In this document: piece by piece, positions 23,166 through 36,845 of the stretch
How positions within the stretch are numbered: position 1 is the stretch's first letter
How the letters are laid out: each line of letters opens with the position of its first letter
Assembly: GCA_043228905.1 (NCBI GenBank)
Contig: JBHGNT010000007.1
Span: 17,360,001-17,424,000, forward strand
DNA: 64,000 nt
Direction: 5' to 3'
From: Azolla caroliniana
Taxonomy: Eukaryota > Plantae > Polypodiophyta
Notes under the pieces: model-generated
What the model was told of the DNA's origin: nothing
Database searches by the model: none
What the model saw: the letters and a program-made list of their open reading frames with translations, nothing else
Translations under genes and position numbers: made by a program

Positions 23166-25207
23166 TTTTTTTTTTTCCAAAAAAAAACTCCTTCCATTAG
23201 TTATAAAATTTTACAAGATTATGTACAAATCCCTGTAGGGACGCGATAGTTCTATCTTATGTGGATGCCCACTGACTCAAGAAAGGGAGAGGACGACCAT
23301 TGTTGGATGAACGCTATTCGTTGTCTTTCAACTCCATCGGAGACGCCCTTAAGGCCATCATATTGGCTCTTCAGAGTGGCTACAATTTCACTCCATATCT
23401 CTTGCAGTAACCTTGTTGGATGTGCGGTTTGGTTGGAGAAGACTCGCCTACATTGTTGTTTCCATAGAATCCAAAGAGTTATTGGGTTGACCAATTCCAA
23501 CACCTCTTGAGATTTGTCATTAAGAGGAGTGGAGTGGACATTGTCGCTGGAGGAGAAAAGGACCTCGTGGGCTTTTATCACCAAAGTCATCCCCTCCTCC
23601 TGATGCTCGTATCTGCCAACTATGGTTTGCCATGATAGCCAACATATATTTCCCCACTTGATTGAGCCTTGCACCTGGCATAATTGCAACAAGCGGCCAA
23701 CCCCCCACCATATTCGATGGGACGTTGGGCAGTCCCACAGAGCATGTCGTATTGATTCTACTGCATGTGGGCATTCTACACAATTAGGAGAGCTAAGGTT
23801 CCCACGTTGCCATGCTCCCACCAGTAGGGACTTATGTATTAATAGCCATTAGAATGTGGTAATTCGCCTCGCGTGTTGTTGTTTCCAGATTTTCTACCAA
23901 AACTTGGTGATTATTGTGAGAGGAACTTGAAATGTGTGCCAAACCTTCGCAGCAGCCAACTCTCGGGCGGTTTGAGCAGCTAGAATGTGGCAACCCAATC
24001 TAGTTGTGAATTGGAAGAAAGGGATGGGTTTGCTTCCTTGCCCCACGTAGGGATCATGTCATGTCCATTACAAAGGGTCCCAATTGACCTTACATAGCCA
24101 TGTGTTTTCATGAGTACATATGTGCCAATAGGGTTGTACTTTGATCGGATCAGGATCTACAATCCATTTATGACCAGTATACGCGAGTACTCGAATTGCA
24201 TTATTCTGTGTTGGTGTCTCAATGTCTCGCAATTCAGAGCCTTCGAGCCTGTTTGGTGGTCCCCTACCTCTCGAGATCAGAGATCCCTCCTCCTTGTGGC
24301 CTATCCATTTCTCCATTGTCATCCTTTGAGTAGCAGATTCCCTAATCAGTAGAGTGTTAATGATTTCCGATCGCATAGTCCATCCGCCCCTAATTCCATG
24401 GAGTATGTTCGCATGATCTTGTAGTAGCAATGACATAAACCTTCGCCAACATTCTATACTTTTTCATGGACCTTCTGCAATGTATCCCCATGACAACCCC
24501 TTATGTGATCCTAGTAGTTTATTAGATTCATCCTTGATACATGGGTTCCATAGGATATGTTGACTGAGGCAGACAGGTTCGGATCTCGGTTGATCGCACT
24601 TGAGCCCTCGACGAATGTCACACCATGCCTTCCACATGGATGCATTGAATCTATCCTCCAATTGGTGGGAGAAACTAGGTTTGAGATCCATGTTTAGAAT
24701 CCATCCCGTTTGGGGGGTCCAATTGACCCCTTTTCGTGGCTTAAAGTAAGCGAAACGTAACCTTAATAGCATTTTCCAACAGTCATTTCCTGGTTGGAGT
24801 CCTCACACCACAAATTTGGCAAGTAAGGCTTTCGATTGTGAAAGGGGATCAATAAGACCCAATCCCCCTCTCGACTTAGGCGCTGTGAGTATAGGCCATG
24901 CCACCTTGGCGTGAGCTACATGTAGTTGCGGGCCGGTCATTGAATCTGATCTATACTGTCCTTGGAGATTGTCTAGCATGATAGACTGTACCATGTTGTT
25001 GCGAGTAGTACTTGATTTGCCACTATGATGCAACCCGCTAGTGACAATTTTTTCGAGCTCCAATGTATCAACTTTTGTCAAATGGAATGGATAACGGGTG
25101 CAATCATAGTCTTCGGCGGTATGTTGAAACCAATTTGGAAACCCAAATATTTGGTGCTCGCTCCTTGATTGATCCATTTGAACGCGGGATGTGGGTGCCA
25201 CGCCGGA
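23166..25207 (-). mobile_element. L1 family B, 5'-truncated copy
   Basis: Minus-strand HAKVAW..PKSRGGLGLIDP, WDP and CVEC...HALWDC. Poly(A) appears as a T run at 23166-23176. 15-bp TSD ttctttgtac(t)(c/t)ttc at 23151-23165 and 25208-25222 (14/15). Confidence 0.88.
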
Positions 25208-25999
25208 TTCTTTGTACTTTTCTCTATCATTCTTCATAAGAATGAGAAATATTTTTCAAGAAAGCTTTTTGTTTAACATTAAAGAGTTGCCTTATCTAGG
25301 CATGATGAATGATTCCAAAACTATATTTAAATATCTATTTTAATGTGATAATAGATTATTGAAAGCAAGTGATCCTATTGAAAGGCTAGGATATTTTGAG
25401 CCATTGAAATAATTACAAACAAATGTGGACAAGAGTACCCATGGTTCCATACTATGTATATGATCCCCATCTTTTGTAGTAAGGAGATAACCAATGATTC
25501 CATGAGTAATGCGACTATTCCACATGGTTTGGGGAGCACAACTACAATCACTTCTAACATCATTCAATGTGATATAACATCGAAGAAAGCAATCCAACTA
25601 AGCTAATAAGAAGAAGTTGCCTATTATTTGGTTTTTATGTTCGAAAATACATCACAAAAGATTGTCCCACCATATCACAAACTAGTTTTACATCATAACA
25701 AATTGATGCTTGATTCTATTACCCCCCTTTTCCTCTCATGTCATATGTGCAAAGTATCGATCATATATTGATAGAGTGCTATTGTCTGCTATCATACTTT
25801 CTTCTACATAATGATGCCATGAGAAATGTCAAATATATGAACAATGACATCAACATTTATGAATGAGTGTGACACAAAGAAAGACATGAGGCTTTGTTGC
25901 AATTTGTAGAATGCACAATCATATGTGATCCACGCATGTTCAAACAAATAATGCACAACCCTAAATATGATTAAGATATCTAAACGACAATAAAAATAA

Positions 26000-26312
26000 G
26001 GGAAAAGTACCAGGATACCCCTGGAAGTTCGTCTATTTACCAGAATGCCCCTAGAAGTTCCAAATTTACCAAACTACCCCTATGTCCAAAAAATTACACT
26101 TTATAAAGTAATTATACACTCAAATCTTTGGTAAATAGGGCTAGTTTGGGTCTATTTCTTCCATCTTTGGTCAACAGGGCTTGTAGATTTGAGTGTATAA
26201 ATACTTTATAAAGTGCAATTTTTTGGACATAGGGGTAGTTTGGTAAATTTGGAACTTCCAAGGGCATTCTAGTAAATAGACGAACTTCCAGGGGTATCCT
26301 GGTACTTTTCCC
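26000..26312. mobile_element. Mutator-type MITE (313 bp, long TIRs)
   Basis: gggaaaagtaccagg...cctggtacttttccc, TIRs over 100 bp, 9-bp TSD taaaaataa. Confidence 0.93.
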
Positions 26313-26773
26313 TAAAAATAAATAGAAAGCATTGTAAACTATGGTTATTCCAATTAGTATGCATCAAAACTTTTCTCCCCTAACAAATCACCTTTGAAAG
26401 TAGGTAGATTGAATGGCAACTACTATCCCCTTTTATCACGTACAACCCACCTTCCTCGTTTATGAAATGTTGATATAAACATTGTTTTCTTTGAAAAAGT
26501 TGTATGTACATGTATTTAGCATCGTTACGTCTTTATATATAATAACAATAAACGTGATTCGATAAGTTCATATCATGTGATGTTCTTTATCTTCTGTCAT
26601 AAGTAGTTGATATATGTGGATAATATCGCCAATTAAATATTTGTTAGACGCTTTGGAGTCGTGTTATGGCATATGTGTGTATACACATAAATGCCTATTT
26701 ATGAAGGAAATTAGTGGACTATCCTTCAATGTATTCAAAGCTTAACAAGTATGTTATGATATCATAGATTTTA

Positions 26774-27087
26774 GGGAAAAGTACCAAGATACCCCTGGAA
26801 GTTCGTCTATTTGCTAGAATGCCCCTAGAAGTTCCAAATTTACCAAACTACCCCTATGTCCAAAAAAATACACTTTATAAAGTAAGTACAAAGGACCCAA
26901 AGAATCTCTTAAGTAAAGAAATTTGTGTTTGAAGGGTATTCTGGTAAATAGGGCTTGTAGATTTGAGTGTATAATTACTTTATAAAGTGTATTTTTTTGG
27001 ACATAAGGGGTAGTTTGGTAAATTTGGAACTTCCAGGGGCATTCTGGTACATAGACGAACTTCCAGGGGTATCCTGGTACTTTTCCC
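26774..27087. mobile_element. Mutator-type MITE (314 bp), same family
   Basis: Same TIRs, 9-bp TSD tagatttta. Confidence 0.93.
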
Positions 27088-28295
27088 TAGATTTTATATG
27101 GTTGAATCTTCATGAGAGTTGAGACTTCCAATAACATGAATCTTAAGATTGATAAATAAGTAAGGAAAACCAGAAGCACGGGATACATTCAGACTATACT
27201 TGAACTTAATTAATTTATCAATTGGTCAAAGGTGTTAATTAGAAAATGAAGTCGTTCCACCTCGACACCCTCATACCTCACAAATTTATGTGGTGATAGA
27301 AATTAATATCTTGGTATCCTCGCCTGTAAATAAATGCAAGTTATAATTAAGGGCTTAATCTAGATTTTCATGCAATTTAAACCTATGTTCCAAGCTTCTA
27401 TTGCACTTCGTGTATGGTGTATGTATATAGACATACATATTTATGTGATGGTGCGCTCGCATACAATTTTTATTTATTACAGTAACCACTTGATGTTTTT
27501 GTGATCTCACATGCATTGGCGACTTTATATTCCCATGTTCATGAATACACTTTTGTGTTCCCATGTTCAATAAATGCTTTTGGATGGGATGAGGAGGATG
27601 AAAATGAAATGCAAAGATGGCTAATAGAAAATAAACATGCCACTTGCTTTAACAAATGGCTTTATGGTTTTAATTGTTTAGGACCTTTTTATGGATTGTG
27701 ATGGAGACCATTTGATTCATTGCATGGCTAATATATATTATAAAGAATGATGTGATTCCTTAGGGGTAATGTTAAGAATATACCCCATTATAGCATGTGT
27801 TAGTATCATCAATACATTTTGTATTTTGGAAACCATCAATACCACCCTTAGCAATAAAATAAAGTGGAGTTATTCTTGTTTACATTAAGAACATATTCTA
27901 ATTTCTAACTTAACACTACATGGCTGATACTATGCTCGTGTGCAGTGTTATCTCTTGACCTTAATATTATGTCACTAATATTTTGCTTGTATCAAACCCG
28001 ATACGCATTAATGCCAATATTTTAATGATTAAGTCGGCTAATCACAAAGATAATAAATTGCCTACAATAAACTACACAATTCCGTTAATCTACCGAGTTT
28101 CATAATATTTTATCAAGCAATCCAATTCACTAATCAAACTTATCTAAATTAAGACCCGTCCATTCAAATAATCAGAGCAATTTGATAAGAATCAATTGTC
28201 TCACCTAAGCATCAACGAAATATCCAATCAATAACCAAGTCCTCATGATTGAACCAAGCAATACATATCAATCTAATAAAGCTATCTAATTGCTA

Positions 28296-28331
<36 letters not shown>

Positions 28332-29381
28332 CAATTGGATGTGGCACAAAATATTCATAACGTAGAGTAGAGGTAGAGAAGAAACATTAGGGAAATACAA
28401 GGTTTGCATAGCTACTTTGTTGACCAATAACAATGTGAATATATCTCAAGGAACCTACGTTTGAGGTATTTTACATGGTTTATTAGCAATAGAACTTGAG
28501 TTCCATATACTAGCATGTAACCTTTAACGCACAAGCACATGGACAATATCAATTGTAAGAGTATCAATACGTGTATTTGAGTGCCCCCGAGACAACGCAT
28601 TGAAACTTTTGCAATGCAAGAGTCATACAAACAATACGTAAGGTGAATGTAACATATAATAAACTTATGAAGAATGACAAAAGCTTTGACACTCAAGACT
28701 ACTACCTTCGACCCAATATATTCATGTGGTTATTAAGTCCTGAACACACTAATATGTTGGATCGTCATTGGCTTCCACCAATAACATTAAATATATATCA
28801 ACACAACACAGACGATGCACAATCCCAAGTTGAATCATCATTTTAGCAATGGAATATAGCCAAATAAATGGTTTGTGCTCCATGTTAATAATTTGTGTAT
28901 TTATGTCTGTGTATTCCAGTCGATGCACGAAATACACCGACTTTTCTTTTTGTGTAGTGTAAACATGTATCTTGCAAGTTTGTGCATGCTTGCCACTCTA
29001 AGGACATCCATTGACACACACACATGCATGCATGCACACAAACACACACAACTTTTGTGTGTGAAGATAGATATTAACAATATATTGCCAGACGCCCCCT
29101 TTCAATGTTTGAATGCGTTCTTAAATGGAGGGATTTTAAGACCTCGATTGCCCACTCCAAATGCAAAGCGATCATCACTATTGGCCTCTACCTCTTGGTT
29201 ATTACGTTTGTAGCATGTGTTGATGGCATGGGATGTTATTTGTTAGAGTTGGGGTCATCCTAGTATGTTCTAGGCTCACTTGTGGCAATAATTGAGTTTA
29301 CCTTTTCACCCTATGCATGCAATTTAGAGCAACAAAGACAAGTGATATTAAAAACAACATAACATAAACACAAAACATGAA

Positions 29382-30265
29382 GTTCAATTTCTTCCAATAT
29401 TCTGTACAGTTAGGAAGACATGTGCTTTCAGATACACGAGATGTGGTACCGGTTGCATTTCAATATTGGAATCAACAAGGTATTACTCCCCAATTCCTTG
29501 CAAACTTCTGGGTTATATTATGGGCAAGAAAACAACCACGTAAATATATTGCATGTACAATGGTTACTTGTACACCGAGCCTTGCCGGTTGGCACATGGT
29601 TGCATAGGATGGGAGTAGCTTCCACTTGTGCACGATGCCATGTACAAATGGAAACTCAAAGACATTGCTTATGGGAATGCACTGAGTCTCAACTTATATG
29701 GCAACATCTCCTTAGAATTTTTGCTAACTATTCCCCCCCCATTGGTTTTCACTTGGCACAAAGGTGGTTTGGACATCTCTTGTCCGTGATGGCATTTCAT
29801 TATGACACCGAATCTATGGACCAAGGATTTTACACTAAATCCGGAAGTGTTCATTCATTACCAGTGTTGTCATTACAGTTTGTAGGAATACGAAAGGAAG
29901 TCCAACTAGTATGGGAGATACTGAGTAGTACCATTGTATATCACATTTGGAAGGCTTAGTGATCTCTCATTTTCCATCAGCTTAAAACACCATCGGCTGA
30001 ATTGGTTTTGAATATTTGGTTAGACATAGTTCATACTTTGAAGGGACAATGGGATGGTATAGTTGGAGATTCTGATGCTAAAATTGCTCAACAACATGAG
30101 TTTATCACCATATGGAAAGCTACTCCATTCATGACATCCAATTATGGTACTCCTTATTGGCATTTTCAGCCTCCAAAATGGTTGTTTCCCCCACCAATCA
30201 CATAGAGTTTAAAATCTTGTAAAAATGTTTACACTATTGACAAGATATCTTATTTAAATAAATAA
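29382..30265 (+). mobile_element. L1 family B, short 5'-truncated copy
   Basis: FFQYSV..GRH, HRALPVG, CARC...HCLWEC, ending WLFPPPIT*. TSD aaaacatgaa at 29372-29381 and 30266-30275. Confidence 0.88.
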
Positions 30266-30827
30266 AAAACATGAATGCATGTCAACATTTGTGATTTGAT
30301 GTCTAGAGGGCGTCATGTGGTTCCATGCACAATATCCATTTGACACGAGGTACATAATACCTATGTCAATCACATGCATGCGCTTGTGTGACAATAATAG
30401 CTAATGTGAAGAGCAAAAGAAGATTGAGAACATGTCCACACAGACCATCTTCATTGTTTACATGGTATAACGATGTGTGTGATAGAGTATAATAGTGTAA
30501 TGCAAATATAAGATTTGTGCATGAAGCCAACTCATATGGTGCCTTTGTGCAAGCATGCAAATATACGATATTTGTATTGAACATGCACTTTTTGCGGGCA
30601 TTGTGACAAAACAATTGGACAAGAGTCTTACTATAGTCTCTAGGGCAAGACATGTTGGAATATAAGTTATAACTTGTGCACACACCTAGTTGTGCATCGA
30701 ACCATCATGACAAAGTCTATTAGAGGCCTATCGTATAGTCTCTAGCTCATCCTTGCAAAATCCTATTGGTCGGGGCACATAGCACAGTAACGCACATACA
30801 ATTGGTCGCGTATGAAAACAAAACCAC

Positions 30828-33800
30828 TATGTGGGGGAGGCCTTTGTCTTAAATGGGGGAAATATCACTATTATGCCAGGCACAACTTTCTCTGATCATG
30901 CTCCTGTTATATTGAGAACCTTTGGGCAATCGAAAAGGGAGTCCATACGATTTAGGATACCCGAAAAAGTAATGTTACATGATAGATGGTATAATCAAGT
31001 GACAGATATTTGGCAGAACAAAGATAATATGGATGCTCCCATTACAATCAAAGTGGCTTGTGCTTTGACGGAGATATCACAATATTTTGCGTTAAAATCA
31101 AGATCTGAATATATGGAATATCTGGAGAAGGAAAGAAGGATGAGGGCAAGATTGATATCTTTGCAAAGATTGCAACAGGGTCGACCAGAGTGTGCGTGGA
31201 TAGCTTCACATCTTGAAGAAGCCCGAAAACAAGTTCAACATATGGAAGAATGTCGTAGTCAATTTAGGTATCACAACTCTGCTTCAAGATGGACGCAAAT
31301 TGGGGATAGATGTACAAAACAATTTTTTAATATTAAAGGCCCCAAAAGAGTCTCTAATGTAACCTGTTGTTTGCGGAATGAAAATGGCGAACTTGAAATG
31401 GATCCAAATGTTGTGCGGGTAATTGCCACGAAATTCTACGCTACCCTTTTGTCAGAAGAGCCTATCTCTGAGGAGATAAGCCAGAATAGAATGAAGGTCT
31501 GGGCGGAAATTCAACCCAAGGTTACTCAAGCAATGCAAGATTCATTGTTGTCACCTATTACAGAATTGGAGTTGGAACAAGCGCTACACTCTTTATCGGA
31601 CAATAGTTGTCCTGGAGTGGATGGACTTACACCTAAATTCTACAAGAAATATTGGGGGATACTGAAGAAAGACTTAAAAGATGCTTACCAACATATGTTT
31701 GAAAGTGGAGAGATGCCCATGTCGTTATCTGAGGGGCTTATTTATCTTATACCTAAAACAGAAGGAGTTTCAGAAGATATTCGTAAGTGGAGGCCAATCA
31801 CCCTCTTGAATACTAGTTATAAGCTATTTGCAAAGTTGCTTAGTTCTCGGTTACAAGAGGTATTACCAAAGATAATTCATGTATCGCAAACTGGTTTTAT
31901 GAGGGAAAGGAGTATTATGGATAATGTTTTTACATTTTGGGAGGCTACTGCAGTAGCGGTAAAAAACAAACAAAATCTAGCCGTGTTGCTTTTAGATTTT
32001 GAGAAAGCGTATGATAGGGTTGACTGGAATTTTTTGGAAGGTACTATGCATCACTTGGGCTTCAACACGGCATGGATTAAAGGTGTTTCTTGTCTTTATA
32101 GAAATGCACACAGTCAGGTGTTGTTGGCAGGTGGAGTAGGACCTCGTTTTAACATTACTCGATCAGTTCGCCAAGGATGTCCACTTGCACCATTTTTGTT
32201 CCTTCTGTTTGCGGAAGCAATGCATGCATTTATATCATCACAATCTATAGGCTTGCGTGGTTTGGCAATGCCAATGCATGGACAAGATATATTGGACTCG
32301 GAATTTGCAGATGACACTGCATTATATGTGGATGGGACTCTAACGAATTTGCAACAAGTACAAGGGGCTTTGTCACAGTTTTGTATAGCGTCTGGAGCTA
32401 AGTTAAATTGGGAGAAAACTGTTGCATTTTGGGTAAGCAAGGAGCCGCCGCCTTGTTGGGCACCGCATCATACTTTCCAATGGACTCAAAAGAGGAGTTG
32501 CGGTTCGATATCTTGGAGTGCAGGTTGGGATTGATTTGGTTCCAGAATTACATGCTGCACCATTACTATTAACTTTGAGGAAAAAATTATTCTTGTGGAG
32601 TCATGCTAAACTATCTTTGGCCGGTAGAGTGATAGTTGCCAACCATGTGCTACTATCTACGGTGTGGTATATAGCCTCATCTTGGATCTTTTCAAAATCG
32701 TGCATTGGACAAATTCGAAGGCTGGTTAGGAATTTTATATGGGCTGGGGAAGATAAGAGTCATGTAAGAGCGAAGGTGGCTTGGAGTACATTGATAACCC
32801 CAAAACAATACGGTGGTTTGGGGATTATAGATCCATTAGACCAATGCATGGCCTTGTTAGCAAAACTAATAATTCGTGGCCTTTTACCAGGACATGCTCC
32901 TTGGAAGCAATTACTTATGCAAAGATTGTATAGTTGTGCTCCGTCGATGGGTGGATTATGGGCTGATAGCATAAGGTGGATTTTTATACCAGACAAGAAA
33001 CATGTTATGTCTAGGAATTGGGAAGACAAATTTTTTAATGGTCTTCTACGAGCATGGGAGCATGTACATAAAGGGTTGGAACATGGTGTACCAACATGTG
33101 AGGAGGAATACTTGAGACAAAACTTAGTGTGGAATCCGAATGTGCGTTTGCCATCAGGGCACATGTTGGGGTCCCGAACGCGATTGGATTGGGCCAAGCT
33201 CGATGTAGGGCCAGGAGCGTCCGTTGATGCATGGAAATCATTTCATACTCTGAATATAAAAGACAGATCAGAATTCTTGTCTTCCTTGAGAGGGGGGCTG
33301 ATTATGTGGGACCAAGTGCAGTCAGTTTTGGGGCACTCTGACGTTACGATATGGTCCTTTAACCCTCCCAAGTGGGAAGGAGCATTTACGAGGCTTCAAG
33401 TGCTAGTGGGGGTAAGGGGACATTTGTCTTGCGGACGATGTCAAGACTATGAGGTGGAGGAAGATGGCAGTATAAGTAGTGCAACGATACAAACAGAGAT
33501 CTTGCAATATGCTACATTTTCTAAAATAAGGGTCCTTGCTTATGACGGATCAAAGTGGCTCATCGACCCACAAGTTGAGGCGGTCAAGGAGCATTGGAAA
33601 CTGAGAGTTTTTGAAAAGAAACCTTTGATAAGGTTGCAATGGGATCCGGGAGAATTTTGGTGGAAAGATCCGTTTGATCGTATGGGAAAAAGGTATGGTT
33701 TTTTTCAGTATTCAGTTAAGATGGGACGACACATTTTGGCAGCTCAACGTAGGACTACACCACGAGCTAGTCAATTTTGGAACCACCAAGGGATCACATC

Positions 33801-34649
33801 GGAATTCCTAACAAAGTTTTGGGGAACATTATGGAAAATGAAGCAAGATATGAAAATAAATGTCTTCCAATGGTTAGTAATACATAGAGCATTGCCAATT
33901 GGCCAATGGTTGCAACAATCAGCTGCACCGACCGCATGCATCTATTGTTGTTGTCAGATGGAGACATTGAAACATTGCTTGTGGGAATGTCATGCTGCAC
34001 AGCAAGTTTGGAGGCGAGTGTTCCGAGTTCTTGCCTTTATGTTTAGGGATTGCAGTTTTTCGTGGGGTATGGTAGTATGGGCCACAGTGGCACAAGTGGT
34101 GTGGCCATATGATGCATGCCCAAATGACACGATTATTAGAATTCAAAGAGGAAGGATAATGGCGGTGCAACAAAGTCAAATGGAGGCTCCTTACATGTTC
34201 AAGACAATGCAAGAGGTATGGGAGCTACTATGCACCACCACAATGTGGTTTATTTGGACTGCTAGGTGTTCTAAGGTGTTTGGTAATACTACTATTCATC
34301 CAGTGGAAAGTACACGGAATGTCTGGATGGAGATGGTACATACCTTGAAAGGACAGTATGAGGATATTAAAGGTGAGACAGATGTTGCAGTGTTGCAACG
34401 TCTCGAATTTATTGTCTATTGGAAGAAGACCCCTTTTCTCACAATACAAAATTCAAGACCTAAATGGTGCTTAGCGCCACCAGTCTGGTTGTTCCCACCA
34501 CCAATCACATAACTTGGTTAAGGAGTGGTGGAGTGTTGAGGGATGGGACCTAAGGAAGAATGCACCAGATCAATGGTAGCTTGATGGTAGGTCAATTTTT
34601 TGTAATGTTGTTCATAACTAATGAAAGGATATTTTTCCGGAAAAAAAAA
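30828..34649 (+). mobile_element. L1 family B, young 5'-truncated copy (end of endonuclease, RT, zf-RVT)
   Basis: SDHAPV, WRPITLLN, DFEKAYD, RQGCPLAP and EFADD. One frameshift near 32490, ends WLFPPPIT* at 34512, poly(A) from 34641, TSD aaaaccac. Confidence 0.95.
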
Positions 34650-34736
34650 AAAACCACCAATGCAGTAGGAGGTTGATACACACATGCCCACATACATATC
34701 CACATCACATCACATGCCCACATGCCCACATGCTTG

Positions 34737-34835
34737 CATACATACATACATACATACATACATACATACATACATACATACATACATACAATCCATCCAT
34801 CCATCCATCCATCCATCCATCTATCCATCCATCCA
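34737..34835. repeat. (CATA)n followed by (CATC)n microsatellites
   Basis: Seen directly. Confidence 0.95.
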
Positions 34836-34902
34836 TAGCTCTCACAAAAACAGATATAACAGCAGCTGTCTCCTTTCTCTAACATATATATGTTGTGTAC
34901 AA

Positions 34903-34935
<33 letters not shown>

Positions 34936-35049
34936 ACCCTCTGTTTAGCTGCGTGGCCGGACTTCTCTGCAAATATCAGAGACAACCAGAAGAAACATAA
35001 AATCATCGGTAAATCTTTCTTTCTTCTTCTTCTTCTGCCCCCCTCTCTC

Positions 35050-35500
35050 TGTACACTATATAACAACAATGGGGTTGAATTTTTTGTCATTTTTTCTTTG
35101 GCCTGTGTTTTGCAAAAATAATTTTCTTCTCTCTTGAAAATACTCTACAATGGGGTTGAATTTATGATGCAACTTTTAGTATTCTCGTGTTTTGTAAAAT
35201 AAAAAGTTTTCTTCTCTCCAGACAATACTCTACAATGGGTAAAATTCCTCATCATATTTATTTATTTATTGTACGTGTTTGTGAAGAATCTCTTTTTCTC
35301 TGTTGAAAATAATCTATAAAGGATGATGTTTATGACATTTTTTTATGTGTGATTGTGTTTGTAAAAATCTCTTCCTCTCTGTTGCAAATAATCTATAATG
35401 GGTTGAATTTAAGATCATTTTTTTGGGTTTGTTTTGCAAAAATCTCTTCTTCTCCCCCTACAATATTCTGTAATGGATGGAATCTCCGATCATTTTTAAG
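35050..35500. repeat. ~80-bp degenerate tandem repeat (about 6 units) upstream of the gene 2 CDS
   Basis: Recurrent ctacaatggggttgaattt...ttttgcaaaaat..cttctctc near 35066, 35145, 35231, 35315, 35394 and 35470. Confidence 0.75.
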
Positions 35501-36845
35501 CCAAAACTGGGCCAGAAGTTTGACATGAAGGACATGGAAGAGATGAAACACATCCTATTTTCCTCTCCTTAGAAAATAATTAACGATGGGTGAATTGTTT
35601 GATAATTTCTGCGTGCTTGTCAGTTTATATATGTTATGTCAATGCAGTGAATCTAGTCTGAATATGTACATTTTGTCATGCTGCTTCTTTTGTTGAATCT
35701 CTTCTGTTTTTCCACCTAGGGAATCTTACATTTCTTTTGGTTCTTTATTATTCCTGAAACTAGTTGGGAAAGACAAGAAAATCATGTCTAAGTTCTTTTT
35801 TCTCCTTAAGGGCAATCTACAATGCGTGAAATAGATGATATATATTTTTTGATTTTTTGTGTTAAAGTGCGATGAAATTTGGTGTGAGTCTGAACTTTTA
35901 ATTTGCTTTCTCTTATTCTCCTTCTTTCTCTCTATGTCATCCTTGCTTTTGTTTTGTTTTCTTTCCATGCCATACTACCTCACGAAAATTGCTTTGGTCT
36001 TCTATTTTTCTTTGCGAGAGAACAACGTAGAAGAATGTGATCTTCTGAAAGCCTTCCATTTTATCTTCAGAAATCAATGACTGAATTTTGTCCATTAATG
36101 TCTGTCCTTGTGTTAATGTCATGAAATGGGAGTAAAATCTATGTTGTCTTGCTTGCTTGCCCTTTCAATGAGATACTTTTGTTCTATTTTTTCTGGACAA
36201 ATTTTGTCCATGTAGCGATAACTGCTTCCTCTTTCTAAAATTGTCTTTCTTTCCAAACTATAGGACAAGTATAAGAACATCATATTCTGAATGAATTCCG
36301 TTCCATGTTTAGAAATGTATGAGTGAAAATTTTATCACTTATTTAAAGCTCTTGCTAATGGAGTGAAATTAGTGAGAGTTTGTGCAATGGTTTTTTTTTT
36401 TAATCACATGGAATAAACATTAGGCATGGAGGCTTTTTTATGTATGTCATCCTGCTTTTTTGTGTTGTTTCTAGCTCTTTTTCTCATGCTTAAACAATCC
36501 CAACCTTATGATGCATTGCTTATTGTTTCTTTATCTCTGTTACTTGTGGAGAGAACAATGTTGATGAATGGGTTTAGGGTCTTCTGAATCGCTTCCGTTT
36601 GATATTTGCTTTTAGCTTTCTTTCTAGGCTAAACCTCAAAAAAGCTGATTCTTGGTTTTTTATGTGTAGATATCTAAACCAATAGAATGTACTCTTAGTA
36701 TCACCCCCCTGGAAAGTATTTTTTGCAGAGGTGATCTTCTTGAATGTATCCATTTTATTTGATAATTTTAGTGTGGGTTATGCACCAGATAGTTAGATAC
36801 TGCTGCAATTTACGATCACAATCAGGTTTTCGAAAAGAGTCTTGC

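Noticed and set aside
34592-35121. ORFs with YIHT/MYVC/SLSL repeats (also 5218-5535, 8265-8559 and 53265-53610)
   Set aside because: These are translations of microsatellites.
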